A stretch of 64,000 nt of DNA from NCBI RefSeq assembly GCF_006345805.1, contig NC_042999.1:83762001-83826000 (forward strand), written 5' to 3'. The notes beneath the pieces were generated by a model. That model did no database searches. It was not told the origin of the DNA and saw nothing but the letters and a program-made list of their open reading frames with translations. Positions 40,626 through 52,620 of this stretch are shown here, piece after piece; positions within the stretch are counted from its first letter, which is position 1, and each line of letters begins with the position of its first letter. The stretch comes from Octopus sinensis (taxonomy: Eukaryota). Made by a program: the position numbers and the translations under genes.

Positions 40626-41629
40626 CACGTATGAATATATGTACATATAAATATATACATGTAGATACATAGAGGCGCACTTATAAGCGTAAATGTCTAC
40701 CTTTTTTCTCGTTGATGTGAGTGCGCGAGCGGGTGTGTGGTGAGGGTAGAATATGTGTATGTTTGTGTTTATAAATGATGTTCTATATTTTGAAAAGAAG
40801 AAGACAGATGATGTAGCCCTTCTAATTAAGTATTTTCCACCCTTGGGAAATAAACATTTTGAATAGCAATGATTTTGCTATCCATTTTGCGTCAACAATA
40901 CGAAACTTTGAAGTTTAGTCTTTTTCTATGTCTGCATGTATGTGTTGTAATTTATAACGATGTAGGTTCGCACACAGACACAGATGCAGAGGCACAGACA
41001 CACCTATAAATAAACAACAGGATATATGCGCATACGCAAACACATACTTTCCAACATATATACGTATTTAATCATTCACAATGATGTCTATATCTCCTAC
41101 TGTTCATATTCCTCTACACTCACACACACTCATATATATATACATATATGCATGTCTGTATGTATTTTATGTTTGTATGTATTTATGCATATATTCGGTT
41201 GCCTTAGCTTGAAGAGCTAGGTTCGTTTTGTGATTTCACGATAATTTTATATGCATGGAGCCGAATCAAACTGTTATTAAATAATATACAAATATATATA
41301 AAATTTATAAGTATAACATGCATAACATGCTCAAACACACAATTACACACACACACATACACGCACACACACACATATACACACACACACACACACATAC
41401 ACACACACACACACATATATATATATGCTTTTATATGAGTTTTATTGAAGATGTAAGAGAAATGGAACTCATTAGTTACTTAAACTACATAAGTAACTCG
41501 AGTTCTCTGACTATCGTGTATGAGAATACTATTGTACTTTGCTATAGCCTCTTGTGTGAGCTTTGTAACTGCAAACGATCGAAAACATAGATATAAATAC
41601 ACAGACACACATACACATACACATATATG

Positions 41630-41752
41630 TTATCGACCCTGAAAAGATATAAAGTTGACCTCGGTGGAATTATAACTGAGAACTCGACGACTAGTGAAAT
41701 ATTGCTAAATATTTCGCTCGGTCTGTTAACAATTCTGCCAGTTCGCCACTTT
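41630..41752 (-). mobile_element. SINE family B fragment
   Basis: ttatcgaccctgaaaag...gacctcggtggaatt...attctgccagttcgcc. Confidence 0.7.
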
Positions 41753-42177
41753 CGAAGCAAATCATTTATTGCAAGCATTTACCGTGTACGCATGAGATAC
41801 CCTTAGTTCCTTCCTCTCTCCCACTCCCACTCATCCTGGATCCTTCAATTATTCCAGACCCCGTTTCTATACCTGTCCGTTCATCACAAACACCACCAAC
41901 ACCAACACCCTCACTGGAACCAAACATTAAACCACCAACATCTGAGGCTCTTTCTGTTGTATCTCTCCTAGCATCATTTTGAACTCAAATGCACCTTTTC
42001 CGACTCTTTATATGTTGGACACTACAGTCTACCCGCCGTCTAGCTGACAGATTTACTGTTCTAAAAAAACCGCAGAAGAATCCGTTTGAACGGATAGCCA
42101 TGCTGAAGTGGCTATGAATATTACTTGATAGCACTACTACTGCGTTGACCTCTTAGATTTTAAAACTTGCATTTTTG

Positions 42178-42222
<45 letters not shown>

Positions 42223-42224
<2 letters not shown>

Positions 42225-42410
42225 GGAGAGTTTACGAAAATAAACAAAAGACGAAGGCAGGTGAAGTACAAACAAACAAATGTATTAGTATAGCGCTCAG
42301 GAATAGAAAAAAGTCTTTAACGTTTCGAGCCTACGCTCTTCGACAGAAAGGTACACAGAAAAAAACAAGGAGAGAAACAAGGAGAGAAAAAATGCGTGTA
42401 AGATGCGCAT
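42223..42410 (-). mobile_element. Family H short repeat, copy 3 (best-preserved hammerhead-like motif)
   Basis: cttt-CTGTCGA-A-GAG-cgtagg-CTC-GAAAC-GT-T-aaag at 42315-42350. Confidence 0.65.
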
Positions 42411-42441
42411 ATGTACGTGTATATAAATGTATATATTTATA

Positions 42442-42487
<46 letters not shown>

Positions 42488-42523
42488 TATATATAATATA
42501 TGTGGTGTGTGTGTGTGTATATA

Positions 42524-42574
<51 letters not shown>

Positions 42575-42985
42575 GTATATATATATATATAAGAGAATAG
42601 ATTTATTGAAAAATACAAACCGCATATGTATATTGAAACATAACCAATTTTGGATTTTTTAAATTATTTAATTCATGAACGCATAGCCATCTACGTATAT
42701 ATTTTACTTTATTATTTTAATTCATGAATCCAAGAAGTTTATGCTCCTAAAAAGTAGTACACCCACCAAAAAGTGCAATTATTCCCCCTGTCTCTAATAA
42801 TAGCAAATGACCTATTGCTTTCCCACATGATTATTTATATACTGATTCCTTTACATACAAACTCTCATGCAACCAAAATGGACTAAAATGTTTCCAAGAT
42901 ATTACTAAATTGCAATATTTTCGCTAATTTCCCAGTTTTAATTAACAAAACGCTAATGTGTGCATATATATATATATATATATAT

Positions 42986-43420
42986 AGGTGCAAGAGTGGC
43001 TGTGTGGTAAGTAGGTCGCTTACCGACCACGTGGTTCCGGCTTCAGTCCCACCGCGAGGCACCTTAGGCATGTGTCTTCTACTATAGCCTCGGGTTGACC
43101 AAAGCCTTGTGAGTGGAGTTGGTAGACAGAAGCTGAAAGAAGCCTATCGTATATGTATATATGTGTGTGTGTGTGTTTGTGTGTGTATGTGTGTGTGTAT
43201 GTTTGTGTGTCTGTGTTTGTCTTCCCAACATCACTTGGCAACCGGTACTGGTGTGTTTACGCCCCCGTTATCTAGCGGTCCGGCAAAAGACACCGATAGG
43301 ATAAGTACTACGCTTACAAAGAATAAATCCTGGGGTCGATTTACTAGAGTGAAAGCGGTGTCCCAGCATGGCCGCAGTCATATGATTGAAACAAGTAAAA
43401 GATTAAAAGAATAAAAAGAA
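42986..43420 (+). mobile_element. Full-length SINE family C
   Basis: Head gagtggctgtgtggtaag, core and tail cccagcatggccgcagtcatatgattgaaac. Confidence 0.9.
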
Positions 43421-43437
43421 TATATATGTATTTACAA

Positions 43438-43661
43438 TTTTACTCTTGTTTCAGTTACGGGGGTGTAAAACACTAGCATCGTTTGCCAAGTGAGGGTGGG
43501 GGGGGATAAACACAGACACACAAATACATACATACATACATACATACATGCATACATACATACATACATACATACATACATACATACATACATACATAAT
43601 ACATACATACATACATACATACATACAACATACATACATACATATCTATATATATATATAT

Positions 43662-43696
<35 letters not shown>

Positions 43697-43854
43697 CGCT
43701 ACGGGGTTCTTTCAGTTTCCGTCTGCCAAATCCACTCACAAAGCTTTGGCCGTCCCGAGGCTATAGTAGAAGACACTCGCCCAATTTGCCACGCAGTGGG
43801 ACTGAACCCGGGACCATGTAACTGGGAAGCTAGCTTCTTACCACACAGCCATTC
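43438..43854 (-). mobile_element. SINE family C, opposite orientation, with internal tail deletion
   Basis: Head at 43700-43854; the tail jumps from gtttcagtt to acgggg. Confidence 0.85.
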
Positions 43855-43888
43855 CTTATATATAATTATTCATTTATTTATGTGCATT

Positions 43889-43930
<42 letters not shown>

Positions 43931-43958
43931 TATATATATATAATATATATATATATAT

Positions 43959-43989
<31 letters not shown>

Positions 43990-44010
43990 GATTGTATGCA
44001 TGTATGTATA

Positions 44011-45265
44011 CAGGGTGCATAAGGTATTTGAGGACATACCTTTTTGGGGTCATTGCGGCACTTTTCGCTAACTTTGTATAATCATTGTTTCAGAAAATAA
44101 TAATTGCAGACCCTCAGCTTACTCAAGAAATGAAGAAGAATGTTGTTATTGTTGTTATAAAAGCTGAGTATGGCGATTTAGAAATATCCTGATTTTGAAA
44201 ACTTGCCAGATCTTTCATCTACAAAGTTTGTAATAAGCTAGCGGCTGAAGATGGAAACGTACCAGTATCAAAGCATAAAAAGCATTGTAAACGCTCTGAA
44301 ATCATCAAATCACTTGAATTTATCCAGAAAGTTCAATAGACCATTAATTAAAATCCCAGAAAGTCAATGAGGTCAATTGCAAAAAATCTACATGTGTCAC
44401 AAGGAACAGTCAGAGATGTTGTCCACAAAGACATCAGATATAAGTCTTATATGATGAGGAAATGTCAGTTTGTCAGAAAAAACAAAAGAAAATCACTACA
44501 TCATGTCTAAAAGGCTCTTAAACAAACCAAAAAATCCAGCAATAGAAGATTTGATTTGGCTTTTCTCAAACAAGAAAAACTTTGATTAAGATTAAAAAGT
44601 TAACAGAAGAAATGACAGATGGTTATGTACAGACACTTCTGAAATTCCAAGTGTCACGCATACAAAGTTTTCTGTAACTGTAATGGTTTAGGAGTTGTCA
44701 GCAATGAAGGACGTGTGATACTTCCTTTCTTCTTTCCCAAGGCCTTAGAGTTAACTTTGCTGCCTACATTGATGAACTGGTGATAAATGTTAAGCCAGGG
44801 ATAGACAGTGTATGCAATGGAAGGCCATATATGTTTCAATAAAACTTTGCATTATCAGACATGGCTCTAGTAACACAGGGATGGATGGCTGAAAATTTTC
44901 AGGATCACATAACCCCTAACATTTGGCCTTCTAATTCTCCAGATCTCAATCCATTATACTATTACGTGTGGCGCGTTGTTAAGAGAGAAGTCAACGAACA
45001 CGCCCCTACCACCAAACATTCTTTGAAAGCTTCGATAGTCAGAGTAACGTCCCAAACGAACCAGGACCACTTGATTTGAGCAGGTAGATGATTTAGATCT
45101 CGTATAGAAGCAGTTGTTGAAGCTGAAAGTGGCTTTATTGAATAACATTATAGAAAAGAAGGTTTAATTTTACCCTTATACCATTTTTGATAGATAAAGT
45201 TATAATCTGTTATTATATATCTGAGTTTTTATAAACATAAATCTGTCGTCAACAATACCTTAAGC

Positions 45266-45271
<6 letters not shown>
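44011..45271 (+). mobile_element. Full-length degenerate Tc1/mariner element, maT (DD37D)-like
   Basis: TIRs cagggtgcataaggtatt (44011) and aataccttaagcaccct (to 45270) with TA flanks. Transposase ~44104-45145 has many stops but shows WLFSNKKNFD (cf. WFFSDEKNF), NDRWLC, VMVLGVVSNEG and IWPSNSPDLNPLYYYVW. Confidence 0.9.
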
Positions 45272-45355
<84 letters not shown>

Positions 45356-45681
45356 TGTCGTATTTCGGGGTGGTCATTTTTTTGGCCAAATAAACATACG
45401 CACTATACATATTCGTTTTTATTTCAATCTCTGAAGACGGAATAAGCAGAGTAAGAGCACATACAAAGATGGAAAGTGTGGCTAAAGTGGTCACAGATTT
45501 GTGATGAAAGATTTCCAGAGAATAGGCATGAGTTAGAATAAAAACAATAATAGACGAGTGATGAACGAATATATAGTGCGTGTGTTTATTTAGCAAAAAA
45601 AAATGACTCTCCTGAAATACAACAATATCTGTTTCAACACACGGTTTCACATCAGGAATCTTGTAACACAAATTCATAAAC

Positions 45682-45743
<62 letters not shown>

Positions 45744-46856
45744 GTGTGTGTCTATGTGTGTGTGTGTGAGTGTGGGTGTGTGTGTATGTGTCTGTTTCTT
45801 TCTCATTAAAATACCAGTAATATACAAGATTTGATATTAAAAACGATGCAAGCTGTAAATATGGGAATATATATTATTTTTAGCATCCAAATATGATAAA
45901 ATTATTGATTATTTTTTCAACATTTTCTAATTAGATTATAATCTTAGCACTGAATCTAAAGTAAATTATTATCACTTATACTGCACTAACACTTCTCTGA
46001 GAAGTATCTAATCTGAAGTGTCATAACAATTAGCAGCTGTTCGTTTTGTTGTATAGAAATCTAAGTGAATCTTCTATTGACAATGAATAATGAGCATGAA
46101 CCTTGGGGACAGAAGACAGACATCGTTTAGCGTCAGTGATTAGCCAACGCTGGTCTGAGTCGTTAACTCTACACGGAGGGTTCAACATGTCATGCGTGAT
46201 GATACGTAGACGTTATCTAAAAATGCGACACATGCAGACGCCAATCACTTTTATTTGGCAAGAAATTCGAAATCATATCTTTTCATTTCTAGAGCTTCCA
46301 AGGTTAAACTTGGATAATTTTTAACAGGACAGACATATCATAAGCAAAATCTGTCCAAGATGCGCACATCTACGAAACTGTTCAGCACACACTCGTTGGA
46401 TTTACGAGGTTTAGTGGATTTTAGAAGAGCATCAAAATTGAAGTCGTAGCGTTCAGAAGATCAGCTGTTTTGCACTGAGAAACTAAATTAGATTTCCTCT
46501 GTCTTGAGCATAAGGGGAAAGAACTTGTGTGTTAGTTCCAAATAAAAGAAGTGAAACGGATGCTTTTGTTCTTTTGCTAAGACGTCATTAACATTTTCAA
46601 GTTTCAGTCGAAAGGAAAATGATAGTATAAACAGAGATGCCTCTCTCGGAAAATTACTTTAAAGGAGGATGAGAGTGGTGGGAATAACATACGTGAGCCG
46701 GCCTTATCTCAAAATACATCTGCAAGAGGAGTGGATCAACCAGGCGCGTGTACTTAGTGGCCGAATTGATTCTGCATCTATGGATTTTTTGGTACATTGT
46801 AGGGACACACCTTATCAGAGAACTCTATCACAAATTTGTATACATACTCTATATGC

Positions 46857-47151
46857 GAGGAGGCGCAATGGCCCAGTGGTTAGGGCAGCGGACACGTGGT
46901 CGTAGGATCGCGGTTTCGATTCCCAGACGTGGCGTTGTGAGTGTTTATTAAGCGAAAACACCTAAAGCTCCACGAGACTCCGGCAGTGGCTGGTAGCAAT
47001 CCCTGCTGTACTCGTTCGTCAACAACTTTCTCTCATACTTTCTTCTGTTGGCCTGCTCGCTTAGCCAGCGGGGTGGCGTCATTTGAAGGCTAAAACAATG
47101 CGGAGCGCATGTGTAGCAACATCTGACAGCCTGTTCGGTCACGGTGATCAC
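46857..47151 (+). mobile_element. tRNA-derived SINE family E
   Basis: A-box tggcccagtgg, B-box gtttcgattcc, tail ggctaaaacaatgcg...ggtcacggtgatcac. Confidence 0.8.
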
Positions 47152-48430
47152 TCTATATGCATACTCTATTGGCTTATTCGCCTCGTTTTCTCTTATTGCT
47201 CTCTCTTAAACATGTACTTTTTCTAATATTTTTCGGTAACGTCCACTTTATCGTCGCCCTTGAGACCAATACTTGGAATAATTATAATAAAATAGCAATG
47301 ATAATAATAACAATTTTTTTCTTCACCTCCTCCTCGTTTTCCTCATCTTTCTCTTTGTTATAACTTTTAATATTATTAATATTTAAATTTTGCTACTTTA
47401 ATAAACTAATTAAATATTGTATTTTTATACGCCATGTACATGTCTTTTAAGATTATTGAAGTCACGAAAATTTCCCTGATGCCATCGACACAAAATAACT
47501 AATATTTAATTTATTAAATTTAATTACATCATGTATTATCTTGAAGGCAGGAAATATATTGTGGCAAAGCACGATTTCATTTTTGTAAAAGTTTTGTTAG
47601 TAGTTAAATGAGGTAAACAAAAAAGGAAAAAGAAATCATAAAATATATAAATGCCTTCGTAAAACTTTCTGTATTCTTCATTTCAATTATTTTCTCTGCT
47701 TTATTTTTCTTTCATTCTTGAACAATACGAGCGGGCCTGTGCCTTAAAGTGGTGCTGAGTCTATTCAGATATATATATATTCAGTTTCAGGTGAAATTTA
47801 TTCAAATACATTTTCCATGTAATTCTACCTTTTGATAGCCGTCATAATTTTTTTCTTCGCCTTTTTCTTCATCTTTATTGTTCTGGTTGAAAGCTGTGAA
47901 ATATTTGAAATATGTATATATTTAATAGAAACTACCATATCACTCTATTATATAATCGGCAATAGAGTTCTCGATGGATGGATGAGGTAAATATTCGATA
48001 GATTATGGCATATAATGTTTAATGTGCAACCCATGTATTATAATTATTCATATTTTGGGGGGTAAAGATCAACTAGAAATTGAAGTAAGCTAATTAATTC
48101 TGTCAGTGGAATATATGTATTGGTACTGAATGAAATTTGAAATATTTATGAAATAAATGGAAAATTTATCAACGCATTACTATCACACCAGTAAAACATA
48201 CACACAAGGACACACAGAAACACACACATATACAAACATATTGTCCATTGGACAGAAGCAAAAGAAACTCTCTAATTTAATCTTAGAAGCATTCGCCAGG
48301 AAGACGATAGACATGTTTCAAGCCTCTTTTGAGACACTCTTGTTTCCGTGTTAGATTTGTGCTTAGCTTATATCTTGTATCAATTATTTGCAAATTTTAG
48401 CCATTCTTTTGCAAAACACACACACACACA

Positions 48431-48467
<37 letters not shown>

Positions 48468-49183
48468 CGCACGAGCGCACACGCACTTACACACACACAT
48501 ACATGTAGATTAAACTAAAGTAGCATTCGACTTGTGTTTGATAACAGTTTGACCATATTACTTAAAGTTTCGTAGACGCAGATATACGTCTATATTCTCG
48601 ACTCACAATAAAAGGGGTTTAAAAATATCGTTTGTGGGTTGACAGTATTTGTACTTTCAATGGTCAGTTCTGTTTAATTGAATATTTTGGCAAACTAGAG
48701 TCTTTCTTTAAAAAAAACCCATTTCATCAAATGATTAGTTTGGGGGTATAGTCTACCTGGGACTATGTTATCAAGGGGTGCAAGAATAGTCGAGATGGTC
48801 AAATTTAGAATGCAGGATGGTTGTGGTGGGAATGCTTAAAAAAAAGTACTAAATGATTGCAGTTAATTTTGAAAATGAATTGTGTTGCTTCTAAATCAGA
48901 CAGGATGCTCATGGCTGGAATACTTTCCACAGACCATTTTTACCTTGTTTATTTCAAGTTTGTGTGGATGGACGGAGTGAGGAAAGCTTTGGTAGTTAGA
49001 GGTAAGAGAGTTTATAAATGGTAGGAAAGCTTTGATTTTACGTAAGCTCTATCTAGTGCTCACGTATAACTTCCTTATAATTCTTTGTCCGATACATGTA
49101 GGCAACCACAGCGGTATGTTATACCTGTATCACAGAACTTTACCTACAGCCAACGTTTTAAACGTCCACTATGATTAATCTAA

Positions 49184-49576
49184 TCTCTCTATATATAAAG
49201 CTGAAGTTGTCTATGTATGGCATGTTTGGTAGCCTTCAACTAACACTATCTCCTCCGAGACTCTGCGGCGAAAGTTGACTAAAATTAATAGTATGATAGA
49301 AGAAGGCTTGCTCTTCCTTCCGTAGAAGAAAACATTCAAATTGGACCATGTTAACACCAAAAATTATTTACATGAAAAAGTTGCTTTTTTTCTATGAAAA
49401 TCCCTATTTTTTACGATTTTTTGACTGCTGTGTCGCCATTTTTCGGTGTATTTCAAGTAGAGAAATGTTCACTTAAAGAGAATAACAAGCTACATTATGC
49501 AAAATTTTTTACTTTTCAAAAATTCCAATTGTAAAGGGCCGAAACAATCCCGAGCAACGCCGGGCGATACTGTTAG
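49184..49576 (+). mobile_element. Non-autonomous Helitron-like element
   Basis: A|TCTCTCTATATATAAAG start; hairpin cccg(a)gc-aac-gc-cggg at 49549-49564 lies 12 nt before TTAG|T (CTAG-like). Confidence 0.7.
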
Positions 49577-50849
49577 TTTATTATAAAGTTCATGTTGGAC
49601 GATTTCGCTCTGCACTTCAGATTTACCGCCTTTTCTTATCAGTGCAATGAATCACAATATAACTTTATTAATCCGAAATTAATTCAACATATATGAAATT
49701 GATTGATTTGTCACCAACAGAAACCAAATTTATCGTAAACAACACCTTAATGTTCTAAAGATATTACTATTTGATAGTAGAATGAATAAATAGATATATC
49801 ATAAATATAGAACAGCCCCTCACCTCAAAAACAGACAGAAGACAGAACTGTCATGAAAGACATCTTGGAAAAATAGGTCCATTTAATCATGGCTGATTTG
49901 GACACAAACGACTAAGAAACCATCTATAAGAATGAAAACAATAACAAGAGCAACATATCTAAGATCCTACTGGTGAAGGATGCGACCGTGCATACACGTG
50001 CAGGCCCGGGCAAGCTCTTTTGAAGAGGCCTAAAAGTTGCTCATATATGCAAATCTCCCCTCTCCAAACCACAGATATTCATCATTGGAAAGGCCGTTAA
50101 AATAAGTCAATAATTTGTCATTAATGTCACCACTGGTATTGCTACCAAAACACAAAGAGCCAGAACAAATACCTCAACGTATTCCAATAATGGACTGAAG
50201 GAGCTTTGTCTAAAGGTTCTGCCACTGGACTATCCTGCACGATAATTTTCTTTTACTTGTCCCTAAGGAATGAAAAACAAAGCTGACCTTGGAGGAGGTA
50301 TTACTAAAATTTGAGTGCAGACAGTATGAAGTAATACTGGGAAGCATTCTATCATTTTCAAACCTTCATTTGTGAATCATATAGATACGAGCATATTTCA
50401 TCATGCATTACCTGATCGAATTATTGTCATTGGTTTCAAACGCTTTCAGCAGATCACAACAGGATTCAGCCTATCTTTCCATTAACTTGGGTGTCAATAT
50501 CCGAGATATACACATTACACATACCTCCGACACCGAAAGTTTTCCACCATGTTCTGTAAAGCATTGCGGTCACAGTTTAGTTGTGCAGCATTCTCACAGA
50601 TTATGACTCGTCCCTCTGCAGGAATCGATTCGCCCACCCACTATGAGAAACGCGTTCGTCTGTATGTACCTTTCTATACTGCTTTTGTAATGTCTCCAAA
50701 AATCACCACGCGCACGTTGCTAAAACATATTTACACTCGCGAGGGTAACAACCTTATATTTGCTTTTTGGGATTCAGTTTGTGTGAATTTTGTTGAACGC
50801 TCTACCTCTTCACCAAGCAAAGCTGGCAACGCCTACTTCCACTAAATTA

Positions 50850-51400
50850 TGGTTCAGGTCTTCCGACAACTTGTAGTTGATTCCTCTTTGATTTGCCACA
50901 TATATCTGGTTAACGTTGAAACAGTTTGTCTCTCTTTGATTCTTTAAGATATTATTTAGCCAGACCTTAACGGGACACCGCGTTGCTTCGACACATATCT
51001 CTATGTGTTTCGCTCCGTTGTAATGGAACGATACCAACTTTACTTCGGAGACCAAGGCTTCTGTTTTGTATAGACCATTCGACTCGGGGTCTTGGGATGC
51101 TAACTAATATTTTTGGTACGTGTCCTTTAAGTCATATTTATGGAATGTTTTACTATACCTAGAATGCTTTGTAAAATGCTTATCCACCAATCTAAGGAAG
51201 GTTCTTCTCACGCAGTTTTTCACGCAGTAGTGGGGGTGACCAGAGCATTTTCCGACTGTGTCTTCTCTTGTGGGTGCTAGGATTGGGCATATATATGATG
51301 CGGTCTTTAAAGCCGCAAGCTGTCTCAGCCTCCTTGTAATATAGGCCCACTGCGTTAAAAGCATCTTTATATGAAGATTGGTTAAAAGTTTGGCAGCAAA
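50850..51400 (-). pseudogene. Penelope-like element remnant (RT-to-GIY-YIG linker and endonuclease)
   Basis: FNAVGLYYKEA...GFKDRIIY, KRRHSRKMLW..P, FLRLVDKHFTKHSRYSKTF and STLTRYMWQIKE match Penelope KR.R.IIWFNPP...FL.L.DKHF and ST.LS.YIW.LK motifs. Confidence 0.75.
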
Positions 51401-51519
51401 ACCCATTACAAGAACCAGATAGCAGGATGTACAACAAATTCTTATTTGATTATCTACATGTACATAATTGCATGTACAGTGATTCTGCATACAGTTGGAC
51501 ATATATTTCACTCTATTAG

Positions 51520-52620
51520 TTTTTACTTTTACTAGTTTCAGCCAGAAGATACGGCCATGCTGGACCACGTCTTTAATGCGACTGGCTTTTATTTCACACG
51601 CCCTTTCAGGAATTTTCAACGAAAATCTTTCTTTTGAAGTGCGTGTTGGTCAGAGCTACTCTTCTTTATGTTATCTGCCGCGATTTGGGTTCATCTGTTT
51701 CTCAGATAAAACATTGTTGACATATTCTTTGAAAATATTCACATTTACACCTCTCAGATCTCTAAATGTTAAAAGTTGTGGGAATTTGAGACTTAAGCTG
51801 ATATAATATTGGGTCATTACTCTACGTAGAAATGACAGGATTTTGATAGTAAGTAGTGTCTTCCAGTTCAGTAATTGGTATTGCGTTCCCATCCAAAAGA
51901 GAACTACACCTTCTAGGATCTTCCACATATATATCACTGCATATCTTTCACATCTCTCTTGAGAGTAGTGCTTCTGTTCGTTTAATCTCACAGAGTTGCT
52001 CATCTGTTTCATCGAATTAATTTTGTTTGTGCAGTGACGTCGGGTTTTCTTGATCAACCATGTCGAAGGCCATGGCAAAACCGAGATATATCACATCATC
52101 ATTTGAGTGGTTTAGCTGCTTCAGTACCCAATCAAAATGCCTTAGCAGTTGAGTGAGGCAACTCTTCCAGGGATTTTCTTCCAGGGATTCCTGTTTTGTT
52201 TGAGAGCAGGGCTGTTTAACCTAAGAACGTGATCAAACTCCTTTTGACAATGCGTTCCATGACTTTGGTGAGATGTGAGGCCAGAAAGGTCGGCCTGTAA
52301 TGCTTAGCATTTGCAATGTGTCATCCTTTATGGACAGAGCATATTATACCTTTATCTAGAATTTTGTGAAGGAAACCCTGAAAGAGCATTTGCCGTGATT
52401 TTGCGAGAGCTTTCCATCTGGGCACATTGCAAAGTTCATCTCATTAATTGTTGATATTACATCGTCGTCCTTTATGTCGATGTAATCGATGGCTATTCCT
52501 TCCTTGTGTAGATCTGCGATGTTGAAGAACACATGAGGACTTGCGTATTTGCATATCCTTCAGTGGGGAAGTAAAAGCAATTTGGAATTGTCCATTTAGT
52601 TTTTCACTTACGCTCACCGG
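51520..52620 (-). mobile_element. Internally deleted CR1-group LINE with intact 3' end
   Basis: HYRPTFLASHLTKVMERIV, SCLTQLLRHFD and VIYLGFAMAFDMVD joined directly to RRHCTNKINSMK...YSQERCERYAVIYMWKILEG; tail ccagcatggccg...ggctgaaactagtaaaagtaaaa. Confidence 0.85.

Noticed and set aside
44204-44226. CTGAAGA-TG-GAAAC-GTA hammerhead-like string
   Set aside because: No stem II or stem I, and it lies inside transposase coding sequence; chance match.
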